Below the pieces are notes generated by a model. That model ran no database searches. It was not told the DNA's origin and worked only from the letters and a program-made list of their open reading frames with translations. The position numbers and the translations under genes were made by a program. A stretch of 64,000 nt of DNA, taken from Octopus vulgaris. Taxonomy: Eukaryota. The DNA lies in NCBI GenBank assembly GCA_951406725.2, contig OX597817.1, positions 114,576,001 through 114,640,000 of the forward strand, written 5' to 3'. Of the stretch, positions 40,977-53,859 are shown piece after piece. Positions within the stretch are counted from its first letter, which is position 1, and each line of letters opens with the position of its first letter.

Positions 40977-41420
40977 AACAAATATTCTGCTCAATACCAC
41001 AAATTTGCTTGTCTGTTGTTTGACCTTAACCAGTTGAGCATGTTCCTTAGTAGCTGATGATATGTACATCTCTGATCTCATGCAGAAGTAGTGGGGGAGC
41101 ATCATAGCCATGTGTTGAGAGGGATTCTTTGGGGTTTGAATAATTCACCTCTGGAAACATGGATGTTTTGTTGATCATCCTTAAACAACCCTTATTCAGG
41201 GACCTTTTGAGTGGGATAGGCTACTCGACCTGAAGAAAATTCTAACTGGATCCCACCTGCAAGGTCATGTGCCATTTATCTTGATTTGAGATCACCATGT
41301 CATGCACATGTGGTTGTGATGCATGTGCCTGGTGTCCCCTTACCAGACAGGTAGTCATGATGGGTATATTGGGCTTTGTATATTTGTGCCCCAGTGTCAC
41401 TTTTCTGGCATGCACTCAAT
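40977..41420. mobile_element. Family E element, truncated
   Basis: Homologous to 38140-38610. Confidence 0.8.
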
Positions 41421-42696
41421 AATAAAAATAATAATAATAATCCTTTCTACTAAAAGTACAAGGCCTGAAAATATTGGGAGAGGGGACTCTCAGTGTTTCA
41501 CTGGTACTTATTTTATTGATCCTGAAAGGATGAAAGGCAAAATCGATTTAAATTTCCACTAAGCATTTTTCCAGGTGTGCTAATGATTCTGCTAGCTCAC
41601 ACTCTTAAATAATAATAATAATAATAATAATAATAATCATAATAATTTCTGGAATTTCCTCATGGAAAAGGAAGATGATCATACATGATCATTGAGTACA
41701 AAAATAACTAACAGTGTGAAATTTTCAACCTTGTAATCTTTTATGATTGCTGAATAGAGATGAAGGAAAATGAGAAAATGCAGAACTATCAGGTCTTAGC
41801 TACAAAGATGAAGAACTGGTAGAACAAAGGATGAAATCGGTGCACTCTGCACCAGTTCCATGAAAACATGTCCAGACATAGGGAAATATTACCTTGCTTG
41901 AAAACAAGTGAGGGGTGGTTGCAGAGATATTATCTAGCTATAGAAAAATCTGCCTCAATAAATTCTATGTAACTCATGCCAGCATGGAAAACTGGACATT
42001 AAATGATGATGGGTATGATGGTGATTACGATGTGTGTGTGTGTGTGTGTGTGTGTGTTTGTGTGTGTGTGTGCATGTGTGTGCATGCATGTGTATGTGTG
42101 TATGTTTTTTCTGTTTCTAATATTTATTTTTTCTGTCTATCCATTTACTCCTCTCCCTCTCTCTTTGTCTCTGTCTTGCTCAAATTCTTTCACACTTCTG
42201 TTTCACTTTCTCTCTGTCTGTCTGTCTGTCTCTTTCTCTCTCTCTTTCTCAACGACCTACATACATGCTCTTTTTCTTGGTTAGTGCCATCCATTCCTTT
42301 ATTCCTTTACCACTTGAGTTAGTGTTTATGTTTTTCCATCTTTTTACTCTCCATTCAACCTTGCTATAGTTTATCCTCATTTTTATTCTTCCTCTTTCCT
42401 TCAGCCTCTTATGAAACATTTATAGACAAACATACATGCCAAAGTGTGCAATAGACACACACACACACACACACAAACATACATGAATTACTCACACCCA
42501 TATACAAACAAATTTTATATGGCTATTAAAAAAAAATGGTAATTTTTAATTATTCCAATTATCATTTCTATGGTTATTCTGTTCTTCAAACTAAAGTAAA
42601 TAATTAAATAAAAATAATATTAAGCAAAATAACAATAATAATGACAATAACATCACAATAATTTCTTTTTCAATAATAATCATGAGTTTCATAATG

Positions 42697-42733
<37 letters not shown>

Positions 42734-43606
42734 TAACAACAATAATAATAATAACAGTAATCATAATAATTTTAAGGTATTTTGTGAAAGAAAAATATAA
42801 AATGGTAAACAAATTTTCTTGATTTGATTCTATTGTTGTGAATGTTTCAAATACTAGTGTTTTCTTGTTGTTGTAGTTTTTGTCCTGTATTTACTTGATT
42901 TATTTGTTATATATATTTTTCAATCAATAAAAGTATTTATCTTTGACTCTTTTTGAAAAAAATGAAGAATAATCCTTCGTATCATGTTCTTCTATTTTCA
43001 TAGTCGTAAATTTTTTTTTTTTGGTTTGTTTTCAGCATTATATATATAAAAAGCTGAAAGTAATAAAATCAGTGAATTATTTTCATTGTTGTCACCTTAT
43101 ATAACTTGTGTGCTTATGTCTCATTCTTATTTTCTCTCTCTCACTCTGTCTTAATGTTTCTCTGTGTGTGTGTCTTTGTATGTGTATTTGCATAACTCTT
43201 TTCTTTGTCTCTTTTACATCCTCTTCTGTTTCCATAAGGAGAAGTAGTTGATGGTATGAGTGGTTTGCACTCAACATTGCCTGACTTGCTTTTTCCATTA
43301 GTCTGTACCCATAGCAAGTTTGGATAAGTCTAATGGTACATCTGGCTAGATCATTAAGTTATTATATTGGTTTCAAATTTTGGCATAAGGCCAGCAGTTT
43401 CAGAGAAGGGACTAGCTAAATCAATTACTTTGACCTCAATACTAAACTGGTACTTATTTTATTGATCTTGAAACAATGAAAGGCAAAGTTGACTCCTACA
43501 GTATTTAAACTCAGAGTGTGAAGATGGACAAAATAGCGCTAAGCATTTTGCTTAGCATGCTAATGATTCTGCCAGCTTGCCGCTTTAAGCCATTAACTTA
43601 TTATAA

Positions 43607-43940
43607 CACCCATGGACATATTTACAAAGTCAGAAAACAGCACAGCTCCCATGACTTTAGGAAACATTTTTTCACGCTGAGAGTTGCTGAAGCATGGAAC
43701 AAACTGCCGGCATCAGTTGTTAGTTGTCGGAGCACTGCATCTTTCAAAACTTCCATGCTTTCTGAGATTCGCCAACACTACACCTGATTTTCTCCCCTCC
43801 ATACACACACAAGCATGTATCTGACTCATACATTGTTCGCTTTCCAGACATTTGTACATTACTGCATATACTCTATACGCACTTTCTGACAAGTTGTGGT
43901 GCACCTGAGCACTGTATACAATAATTTCATTATTATTATG
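43607..43940 (+). mobile_element. 5'-truncated CR1-clade LINE (ORF2 C-terminus + 3' UTR)
   Basis: THGHIYKVRKQHSSHDFRKHFFTLRVAEAWNKLPASVVSCRSTASFK matches the CR1 motif TRGH..KL...R..FFS.RVV..WN.LP..VV...S...FK; (ATT)n tail. Confidence 0.85.
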
Positions 43941-44194
43941 TTAATATTATTCCACACCAAATAAATATACACGTGACCCTCTTTACCTACCGATCTTCTA
44001 ATGTATATTGTTAATTTTGCCCATCAGGGGGATGCTGACTATCTAGTCAGACTGGAGATGACTTTGTTTAAAGTAAGGAAGAGCTGTGTACCATCAACCT
44101 CACTCTCTCATCCATGACCATCTTCAATCCAGTGGCAAAACTAGGTCAAGTTGACTGAGGGTGGAGATGGATGCAGTGGATGACCAAGATGTCT

Positions 44195-44395
44195 TTCTTA
44201 TTTCTTTATTGCACACAGGGGGATAAACATAGAGGGGACAAACAAGGACAGACAAAGGAATAAAGTCGATTATATCGACCACAGTGTTTAACTGTTACTT
44301 ATTTAATCGACCCCGAAAGGATGAAAGGCAAAGTCGATCTTGGCGGAATTTGAACTCAGAATGTTGCGGAAGACGAAATACCGCTAAGCATTTTA
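44195..44395 (-). mobile_element. SINE family A
   Basis: TCGACCCCGAAAGGATGAAAGGCAAAGTCGA...GAATTTGAACTCAGAA. Confidence 0.85.
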
Positions 44396-44698
44396 CTGGA
44401 ATCTTGTTTCTAGACTCTTTCTCTGTTGATGAGAAATTCAAACAAATCAAACCAGGAAAAATCGTTATTGGAATTCTTTGCTGCAGGCTGTTTCAGTACC
44501 AATCTTGAGAAGCTGACGTCCACCAAATCAGAAAGAAGGCATATAATCAAAAGTTTATTTTTACAAGCTGTCAAAGGCATTGTCAAAATATGTAAGCTGT
44601 TCAAAAAGTTTAGCATGAAGCAAGATACATGACATCAGTGCCTGCACCCACACATGCATGTACACATACATATGTATGTGTACAAACACACATATGAT

Positions 44699-45000
44699 GG
44701 AGGCACATGGCCTAGTGGTTAGAGCAGCGGACTCGCAGTCGAGGGATCGCGGGTTCAAATCTCAGACTGGGCGATATGTGTGTTTATGAATGAAACACCT
44801 AAGCTTCACGCGGCTCCGGCAGAAGGTAATAGTGAACTTCTGCTGACTCTTTCGCCACAACTTTCTCTCACTCTTTCCTCCTGCATCTTGCAGCTCACCT
44901 GTGATGGACTGGTGTTCTGTCCAGGTGGGGACCTATACACCATGGAAACCGGGAAACCAGCCCTTATGAGCCAGGAATGACTCAAGAAGGAGCAAACTAA
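44699..45000 (+). mobile_element. tRNA-derived SINE family C, full length
   Basis: TGGCCTAGTGG A box, GGTTCAAATC B box, tail GGAAACCGGGAAACC...AGCAAAC. Confidence 0.85.
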
Positions 45001-45401
45001 CACACACATGATGGCTGTCCAGTTGTGATCAAGGAAGATCCTCACTGACCATTAAGAACATTGTGCACTCAGACAAAATTATTCTTATGAGCCTAGTTCT
45101 TGATAAACATACATGTATGCATATATTGCAAGCCAAGCTTTCCTCATTTAATACATTTGTAGTGCATTTTCAAGCAACTCACTTAAATTCTGCATGAAAA
45201 GTGCATGTTTCTTCAAAAATACCCACTCCTTCCTTTATTTGCATCTTCTGTTGGTGATGATGTCAAGCACTGCTTTTTCAATTGATGTCCCACATCCCAC
45301 CTTTAAAACAAAGATGTTACACAATCCTTATGCATGTGTGTATATCTGTGTGTATGCATATACACACACATATGAACAAAATTGCCCTGCTAATATTGTC
45401 T

Positions 45402-45448
45402 AAAATCTGATGAAAGAGCTTTGTCTCTAGGCTAGAAACTGCCATTTT
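45402..45448 (+). ncRNA. Degenerate hammerhead-like motif
   Basis: AAAAU-CUGAUGA-AAGAGC...GCUA-GAAA-CUG-CC-AUUUU; stem I AAAAU/AUUUU; stem II and cleavage triplet mutated. Confidence 0.4.
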
Positions 45449-46251
45449 TTATCCATTGGTAAAACAAATTTGAAAAAATATAATTAGGAAAACATACCTA
45501 TATGCACACATACATATATTCAGCTATCATAAGCCACATTCAAACAAAGGCCATTAGACCCACAAATTTACTTTCCTCACTGTATTTTTCACTGCTACTA
45601 GTCTATCCTCTGTTCAGCAGAACTGGCTGCTCTTGTGCTGCCTTCATTCTAGAACATACAACTCATCTCTTCTTATCTCTTATCATCTCTTCTCACTCTC
45701 ATTATCAATACCACGTCCACTTCTTCCAAAATCCTATGATGCGTAATATTTCTTCCCTAGAATGCCAGATCTCTGGAGTTCTTATTCCTTGCACATGCTT
45801 TTTCACCATGGCCATCAATTTACAACTATTCAGGGGAGATATTAACTGCATTCACCTCATTTCTCTAAGATGCCATAAACATTCCCTTCCTCTAGACCAA
45901 CACAATATTTTAAAACAAACAAAGAAATGAAAGAATATCAAAAGAAAACAAAACCACATGGACATAGGCACACACAAGGACATATATGTGCATTCTTAGA
46001 CAGATTTGCTTTGTCCTAGTTCTGTTTATTGCATAATAATAATTACTACAAAATTAAATAGTTATGTTTTCTATGAGAAACAGTTATGAAATTTTCACCA
46101 AACCACAAATCATCATTTTCATGTCTACCTTTTTATTTTTGTATGGGTCAAGCAAAATTTTGTTGAGGTAGATTTTGTATGGCCGGATGCTCTCCAAGTT
46201 GCCAACCTTCACCTGTTTCCAAGTGAGGTAATATTTCCCTGAGATAAAGTG

Positions 46252-46680
46252 GTAAGGTGGCAGAATTGTTAGCATGCTGGGCAAAATGCTTAGCAGCATT
46301 TTGTTTGTCTTTACATTCTGAGTTCGACTTTACCTTTCATCCTTTTGGAGTCGATAAAATAAATACCATTTGAGCACTGGGATAAATGTAATTGATTTAG
46401 CTCCTCCCCCAAAATTGCTGGTTCTGTGTCAAAATTTGAAATAAATATTACTTTCATATATAAAAGGCAGTGAGCTGGCAGAATCATTAGCTTGCTGGGC
46501 AAAATGCCCAGCATCGTTTCATCCATTTTTACATTCTGAGTTCAGATTCCACTGGGGTCAACTTTGCCTTTCATATTTTTAGGGTCAATGAAACAAGTCC
46601 TAGCTGATACACTGGGGTCAATTTAACTGACTTAGCCCCTCCCTGAAATTTCTGGCTTTGTGCCAAAATTCAAACCCAGT
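46252..46680 (+). mobile_element. Two tandem family A-variant SINEs
   Basis: Two GGCAGAATYRTTAGC heads and TGTGYCAAAATTYRAA tails. Confidence 0.75.
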
Positions 46681-47117
46681 ATTTCTCAGACATGTTTTCT
46701 TAGAATATTGAGAATGGAAGGCACCACTTGCATGACAGTGACTTTTGTTTACAAATACCACATGATGTCAAGGCAAAGAGGTAGTACCACACACCAATGA
46801 TGGGCTTCTTTCAGTTCCATTTAACCAAACCTATTCACAAGGCTTTGGTCTACCTGAGGCTATTGTAGGAGACACTTGCCCAAGGTGCCATGCAGTAATA
46901 ATTGAACCAGGAACAATGTGATTAGGAAATGAATTTCTTAACACAGATACACATGTTAAAAGGGAGCATACTGGATAGTGTGAAGAATCTGGTCAGACTA
47001 CACTATATGTAAAAGAAAGACAGGCTGGTCAAGGATGGAACACATTCAAGGATAGATCTGCTCTCTCAAAACAAATTATGTTTCACAATAGCAAAATTCA
47101 TGATGATCATCACCACC

Positions 47118-47163
<46 letters not shown>

Positions 47164-47539
47164 GCAGCAACAACTCTTTAATGACGTATCAAATGTTTCA
47201 TTTTATTTGTTATTCACTATTCTTCTTCTTCTTCAAAAAAAAAGAATTGGTTTTACATTTTTACAAACCATAGAAACATTTGAATAATTGATGGCCATAA
47301 CACCACTAGTACATATGAACATGTGTTCAAAACTTGGAGTTGTAATTAAAATTATGCTATTCGTGACTTTTATAAGAAGACATAATTGAAGTATAAATCG
47401 GAAAGGCTTAGCAATTATCTTTACACTTTTGAGGCTTTTTTTCAGTGAAGCCATACATTTATGTCTGAGTTTGTTATCATGGTTTCTATGGTTGAAATCT
47501 CAGAAGACTGTTTTGAATATATATGTATGTGTTAATGTG

Positions 47540-47592
<53 letters not shown>

Positions 47593-47630
47593 GTGTGTGT
47601 GTGTCTCTGTCCAAGTGAGTGTGTAATTCG

Positions 47631-47670
<40 letters not shown>

Positions 47671-47697
47671 ATATATATATGTGGGTGTATATATATA

Positions 47698-47838
47698 TCA
47701 TCATCATCATCATCATCATCATTTAGCGTCCGTTTTCCATGCTAGCATGGGTTGGACGGTTCTACTGGGGTCTGTGAAGCCAGAAGGCTTCATCAGGCCC
47801 AGTCAAATCTGGCAGTGTTTCTACGGCTGGATGCCCTT
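47698..47838 (-). mobile_element. Family D (RTE-tail) fragment
   Basis: (CAT)n-TTTAGCGTCCGTTTTCCATGCTAGCATGGG...GGCTGGATGCCCTTC. Confidence 0.75.
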
Positions 47839-47886
47839 CATATATATATATATATATATGTGTGTGTGTATATATATATGTGGGTG

Positions 47887-47923
<37 letters not shown>

Positions 47924-48199
47924 ATGTATATATGTATATGTTTGCTTGTATTAATACACATCTATATATAATTATTACACACACATACACAATGATAAGA
48001 AACACGCAAATATATCAATGTATTTGGGTAGCTATATCTGTGAGTGTCTGTGTGTGTGTACACACACGTATATTTACATGTTTATATATTCATGTGTGTG
48101 TGTATCTGTCTATACTTATTTGTATTTGCATGCACGTATAATTAAATGTGTATGCAAATATACAAATATATAAGAAAAAGACATATATATATATATTTA

Positions 48200-48797
48200 C
48201 TAGCTTTTTGACCCGATTTCATTTGGGTGTATTCTCGAAGTGCCACATTTAAAAAAAAATGAAAGTCTTTAAAAATGATGGAAACTTTATTAAAAAATTG
48301 ATTGAAAAAGGCAAGTATGCAAATGGATAATACAGTCTTTCAGAAAGTGATTACTCATACCCAACTCAATTTCGCAGAATCGGTGTCATGACATGAACAC
48401 ATGATTCAGGAGTTTGACTGGCAGAAGTAATCAGGTTGCACATACAAGTCCTTTTGATACCACCCACTCTTGTTTTTTTTCAATCCTAAAAGACAAAATG
48501 CAAACTGAATGGTTCGGAAAAATGGGAAAGGAAAAATTTAATGGAAGACTTACTCAGGATAACAGGAAGGTGGTGCATAGATAACCGGTGTTCAATAAGA
48601 AGAGAGAGTTATGCAGTGTTGAGAAGATGGCATGTGATTTTAAGGTGAGCGTGACCGAAAAAGAAAAAAAATTGTTAAAGACGAGTGAACAGTCTTCATC
48701 AAAATAAAAACATGTAGCTTACATTTGCATTTGAAATGATGCAACCATTGAAAAAGTGATATAGACAGCATGGCATGATGGGAGCCATGTCAAGCAA

Positions 48798-48858
<61 letters not shown>

Positions 48859-50327
48859 TTGAGTGAACTGAAGAAGATGTAGATCGCAAACGTAAGGATG
48901 GGTTGCGTGGAGCATCATTTGAAGTCCTTCAGTAATGTTGCTCTCAATAGCAGTTTTATTTCTGCATCTGTGAGAAAGTTCTTCATTTCCACCCATGAAG
49001 ACGCCTGCATGAAGTGGGGCTCTTCTCCAAGTTGTGGTCGAAGGCTTCCGATAAGATGGTATCATTGACCTTGTATTTTGTAGGTGTAAAAATTTTCATT
49101 CTGTACTGAGTTGTTGTTTCACAAAGGACCGGCAACATCAGAGTTGTTGGTGTTTGTTCTTGAATTTCTGCCATCCCTGACACCAAAAGATGTCATGACG
49201 AAGCAAGTGTTGAATTTCCATATGTTTTTGCAGAAATGCTTTGTGTGGGAAGAGTTACTGATGAGAAGATCATGAAATTCAGGAGGATCAGTTAGCGCTG
49301 GAAGTCAAACTTTGCCACCAGAACAGCAAAGACTAGGAGCCTCACCAACTCACTTCTTGGTGGCTCCACAGAACCTGCACACCTTGTCCATCTTGCCGAT
49401 ATTAATATCGGGGTGATTGGAGTAGTCAAAGTCGAGATTATAATTGAAGCCAGCATTAAACCAAAGAGGATACCTTGCTGTAGCTTGATGTTCTTGATGT
49501 GTTTGCTGTCTTGTAGCCAGTCTAACCTGTCTTTCTTTCGCAGTTTTGTTAAAGATTGGTTGTTGTTGCTAACTGTGCTGGGCAGAAAGATGAGTCTCTC
49601 TTGTAGCTGGGGTTTCAGTTAGGTGTGCAAGTTGGTTTCTATCATGTTTGGCTGAAAGACAGGCCTCTATTACATCTGGGGTCTTCCTCATCTTTGAGTG
49701 TTGGTCTCTATCATGTTGAACTGAAAGACAGGACTCCCTTGCAGCTGGAGTCTCCCTCATGCATGAGCGTTGGTGCTGAATGTGCCAGGTAGAGAGACGA
49801 GCTTCTATTGTTTTAGGATTTTTATCTAGTTGTGAGTTGTTGGAGTTATTTCGCTGGTCAGCAAGAGGAACTTCCCTTGCGTCTAAAGTCTCAGATAGAA
49901 GAAACACTTTACAGAGGGAGAGGTTGCCTAATTGGGGCAAAAGTAGAAAACACCAGCATAGTAAAGATTTTAAAAGCAGAAAAAATTAAATTTTTGGGGT
50001 CCAACAATTTCCACAAAAAATTGATGAACTATTAAATGGAAGAGCCTGTAGATTATGCATCTGTGCTTTTTTAAATTAAAATTGCCCACAAAACACGACT
50101 GCCACAGCTTGCAGAATTGATTGAAAATGGGTTTTATTGCCCTAGTAACCACAGCTTTTGAAATGGATTTTTCTAATCTAGTCCAGTCACTTCCTCGCCT
50201 CATTTTACGTGTCCCTGTAAATTTTCGCCACAATCTGAGCACGCCTACTGCCATTGAACCCTGCATAACCACTAAATGAGATATGCAAACATACAACTTT
50301 TGGCCATTTCACTTTTATATATAGAGA
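48200..50327 (-). mobile_element. Internally deleted Helitron, 2128 bp
   Basis: Minus strand A|TCTCTATATATAAAAGTGAAA 5' end; 3' hairpin ACCCAAATGAAATCGGGT then CTAG|T; RepHel N-terminal coding remnant inside. Confidence 0.9.
48870..49940 (-). pseudogene. Helitron RepHel N-terminus: STPR-like 23-aa repeats, Zn-finger, pre-Rep region
   Basis: ETPAARESCLS.../KTPDVIEACLS.../ETPATRETHLS at 23-aa period, then IGKMDKVCRFCGATKK*VGEAPSLCCSGGKV*LP..PP, FCKNIWKFNTCFVMTSFG, YKIQGQ*YHLIGSLRP..GEEPHFMQ, LQMMLHATHPYV; stops and frameshifts. Confidence 0.9.
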
Positions 50328-50907
50328 TAAATGATATAAAGTTGAATGAAATGTATGATATTCCTTATTTAAAATCACTACAATTGTTTCAACACATTTT
50401 TACACCTGTAATATATTGGTGAAAATTTCATAGCTGAATAATACATTATTATTCAGCCAAGGTATAAAATGCTCTTCCTCTGATGATTATTGAAATAAGT
50501 CCTTTGTTAGATCCTGAAATTGTATATTAAAATTTTCTTGTCATTGTCAGATTATAAGCAAGATAGTGCTGAACAGAATGAAGAATAAAATGAAGCATTT
50601 AGAAATAAAAAAGTGATAAAATCTAACGATTTCAGTACTTATCAACTGCTTCTTTATCTCTGTGAAGAATCTAAATTACCCTCTGTCTTTCTTGACAAAA
50701 CAATTCTACATTTGAATCAACCTCTATTTAAAGTTAATTTATTACTGTCTTGTTTTTATATGCTTTTTTTTGGAACAATTACAAAAAGACTAGTTGTTGG
50801 TATCCTCCCCCCTCCCCCATATACATATTCTTTCACATACAAGATAGTGTATACACACACACACACACATACACACACACATATATATATCTATTTATAT
50901 ATACATA

Positions 50908-51203
50908 TATAAGTAAAAATATACATACTTCAATGTATGTGGGTTAGACTTTCAACCCAACATATATTAATATCGCTATAAACAGTACAAAAATGAAGAA
51001 TATTAGTAAGAAGCATATATGTATCATCATCCTCATCATCATAGTAAAGCGGATGCTAAACGATGATGATGATGATGATGAAGAAGATACATATATGCTT
51101 CTTACTAATATTCTTCATTTTTGTACTGTTTATAGCAATATTAATATATGTTGGGTTGAAAGTCTAACCCACATACATTGAAGTATGTATATTTTTACTT
51201 ATA
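50908..51203. repeat. Near-perfect 118-bp inverted repeat with 60-bp spacer
   Basis: 50908-51025 vs 51086-51203, one mismatch seen. Confidence 0.9.
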
Positions 51204-51293
51204 CACACATGTGTATATTTATAAAAACACTCACACACATGTATCCATCTACATACATACATACATACATACATACATACATACATACATACA

Positions 51294-51327
<34 letters not shown>

Positions 51328-52888
51328 CATACATACATATATATGCATGTTTTTCATATATTCTTATCATAGTCAGGAAAGCTAGTACAATAAAGTAAAA
51401 TAAAATAAATATACATAAATATATTCATATACACTCATGTATAGTATTCTTATATACATACTATTTCTAAAGACAGACATAAATAAAGTAAAATAAAAAA
51501 TACATCCATATTTGTATATGCACATATATACACTTCTCTCATACAATGTGTTTATAAAAAAAGAGAAATAGATTATACAATACAATAAAGTTAAACAAAA
51601 CAAAATATAATGTAACATGCAAACAGCTTTATGAAGGCATTCATTTCCCAGAGGACATGCGGACCTATTCTTACAATTGCAATTCTTTACCACACTGTTC
51701 TTTATTTCTTTGCAACCAGTCTTTCTTCTATTTCTGATTTGTTCCTTTATTGTTTCTTTGGTTATTTTTAGTGTTTTTCATATAACCTTTATTACTATCC
51801 TTGTGGCTGTTTCCAGTACTACTATTATTGAAATTTTCAGTATCAATTGTTAGTTATATCATTTTTGCCTTCACTATATTATTATTTTTATCAGAACTAT
51901 TTGGACTGGCTTCATTACTTTCTTCTTTGCTATTGAATTTCTTATTCGAAGAATTATTTCTACCTTTACCCTTACTAATGGTATTAGTGATCCTCTGATT
52001 TATCTGCCTATTATTGAGTTTATGAATATGGTATTTTAAGTTATTAGATGTTGTGTATGATAATTTCATTGTATGTCTGTTAAAAATCTTGTGGTATCTA
52101 TTAGATTTAGGAAAATGCCTATCCAATGCAGCAACGAAATCTCTAGTAATCTAAGATGATACATGTAATCTGATAATTGGATTATCCCACAAAACATTGT
52201 ATTATTATTAGGTATGCATTTGATTTTCTCAGTATATATTTCTTTATTACCCATAGCCGACCCTAGCTAATACTACATTGTAATAATGTGTATGTAAGTT
52301 ATATATCATTTCATTTGCCAAAAGTTCAGATATTCAAATGGATATATTGTTCACAATTCCTTTTATGATAGAGGGTTAGTGACTGGATTTTCTGTTGACA
52401 TACCTTCGATTTTCTTTCAGTTTAAGGTATGGTTCAAATAATCTGACATCCAAACTAAATGATGTATCAAGAAAATTCACCTTACATTAATTATTTTCTA
52501 CAGAAACAGGTAGTCTGGAATTTCTGAAGAATTTAAATAGTCATCTTTTACATCTCTCCATTTCTACTTTACTACACCTATCTAATATGGAGAGAGCACC
52601 ATGCCTATATAGACTCCCCCCCCCACACATACTTAGGGAACCAGGACTTCATCTGAAATAGGATATATATTTGAACAAGATCAGTGACTTGCACTGAGTC
52701 ATTTGATTCCATTTCTATATTGAAAAAGTTAACAGATCTTGTTCATAGTTCTATTGCTGAAATCTACCAGTATGCTTCGTGCAGCTAGTATTATATCCAT
52801 ATCTCACCTAGGTAAACCAGAATTGCACATAGTAGAATAATAACTTGATATGTCAAGTTGTATAAATTTGCTACTATTCTTCACTAAT

Positions 52889-53045
52889 TCAGTTCTGTAT
52901 TTAAGAGATGAGGAATTATGTACATTATTTACATTTGACGGATATTTGTCCTCATCTTGTTTGTTGTTAACACAATATTTCAGCTGATATACCCTCCAGC
53001 CTTCATCAGGTGTCTTGGGGAATTTTCGAACCTGGGTTCTCATTA

Positions 53046-53095
<50 letters not shown>

Positions 53096-53152
53096 TCACT
53101 GCCTGGAATCAAACTCAGAATCTTGGGGTTAGTAGCCTGCACTCTTAACCAT
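52889..53152 (-). mobile_element. tRNA-head/(AAT)n/hammerhead SINE, copy 1 (5'-clipped, full 3' tail)
   Basis: Reverse complement of 53153-53378 plus a 36-nt 3' extension. Confidence 0.85.
52970..53013 (-). ncRNA. Minimal type-I hammerhead ribozyme with intact core
   Basis: ACAC-CUGAUGA-A-GGCUG(gaggguauau)CAGCU-GAAA-UA-UU-GUGU; palindromic AAUAUU in place of stem III. Confidence 0.75.
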
Positions 53153-53378
53153 GGGCGTATGGCGTAGTGGGTAAGAGTATGGGCTACTAACCCCAAGATT
53201 CCGAGTTCGATTCCAGGCAGTGACCTGAATAATAATAATAATAATAATAACAACATTGAAAAATACCTTAGGAATGAGAACCCAGGTTTGAAATTTCCCC
53301 AAAATACCTGTTGAAGGCTGGAGGGTATATCAGCTGAAACGTTATGTTAACAAACAAGATGAGGTCAAATGTAAATAA
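53153..53378 (+). mobile_element. tRNA-head/(AAT)n/hammerhead SINE, copy 2
   Basis: A box TGGCGTAGTGG 53160-53170, B box GAGTTCGATTCC 53203-53214, (AAT)n, hammerhead CTGTTGA-A-GGCTG..CAGCT-GAAACGTT 53304-53347 (A6>U). Confidence 0.85.
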
Positions 53379-53859
53379 TATTCTTCACTAATCTTATGAC
53401 CCTTCCAGGGACCTCCACTGTGTCTGAGTTTAATTTTAGATCAAAGATTTTGTATTATTGTATCGATAATATATTTGCTAATACTACCAATATCTGACTT
53501 GGGGAGACATATTAGTCTAATGGTAGGGTCACTATCAAAATTTATTTTCTGATCCTTTAAATTAATTCTAGGTATTTGGGCAGGGGTGGGCATATGGTTT
53601 TGTTCTATCTTCTATTCCTAGTCCAGTAGCTATTCCATAATCCTTGCTATTTATACTGATTAACGTATCCCTGGGTTTATATTTACTATGAAGTTCTTTC
53701 ATGGTTAGACTTTTATAGGGTGTGGTATTAACAACATGCAGATTAATATTTTTATCTCCTTGTTCTACTATACCCGTTGCTCTTTTGAATTTTAGTAATT
53801 TTGTCCATTTTTTGTTTGTGCTGATTATGCCTAATTGGATATTTCATAAATTTTATACT

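Noticed and set aside
50374-50484. Minus-strand hammerhead with long stem II (GAAAC-AAUU-GUA-GUGAU)
   Set aside because: The 3' half and internal hairpin fit, but the core reads GGAAGA with the CU and adjacent stem I base mismatched. Too degenerate to call.
53153-53226. tRNA gene
   Set aside because: A and B boxes are present, but the acceptor stem does not pair, there is no oligo-T terminator, and it is fused to a repeat body in three copies. It is a SINE head, as are the family A-C heads.
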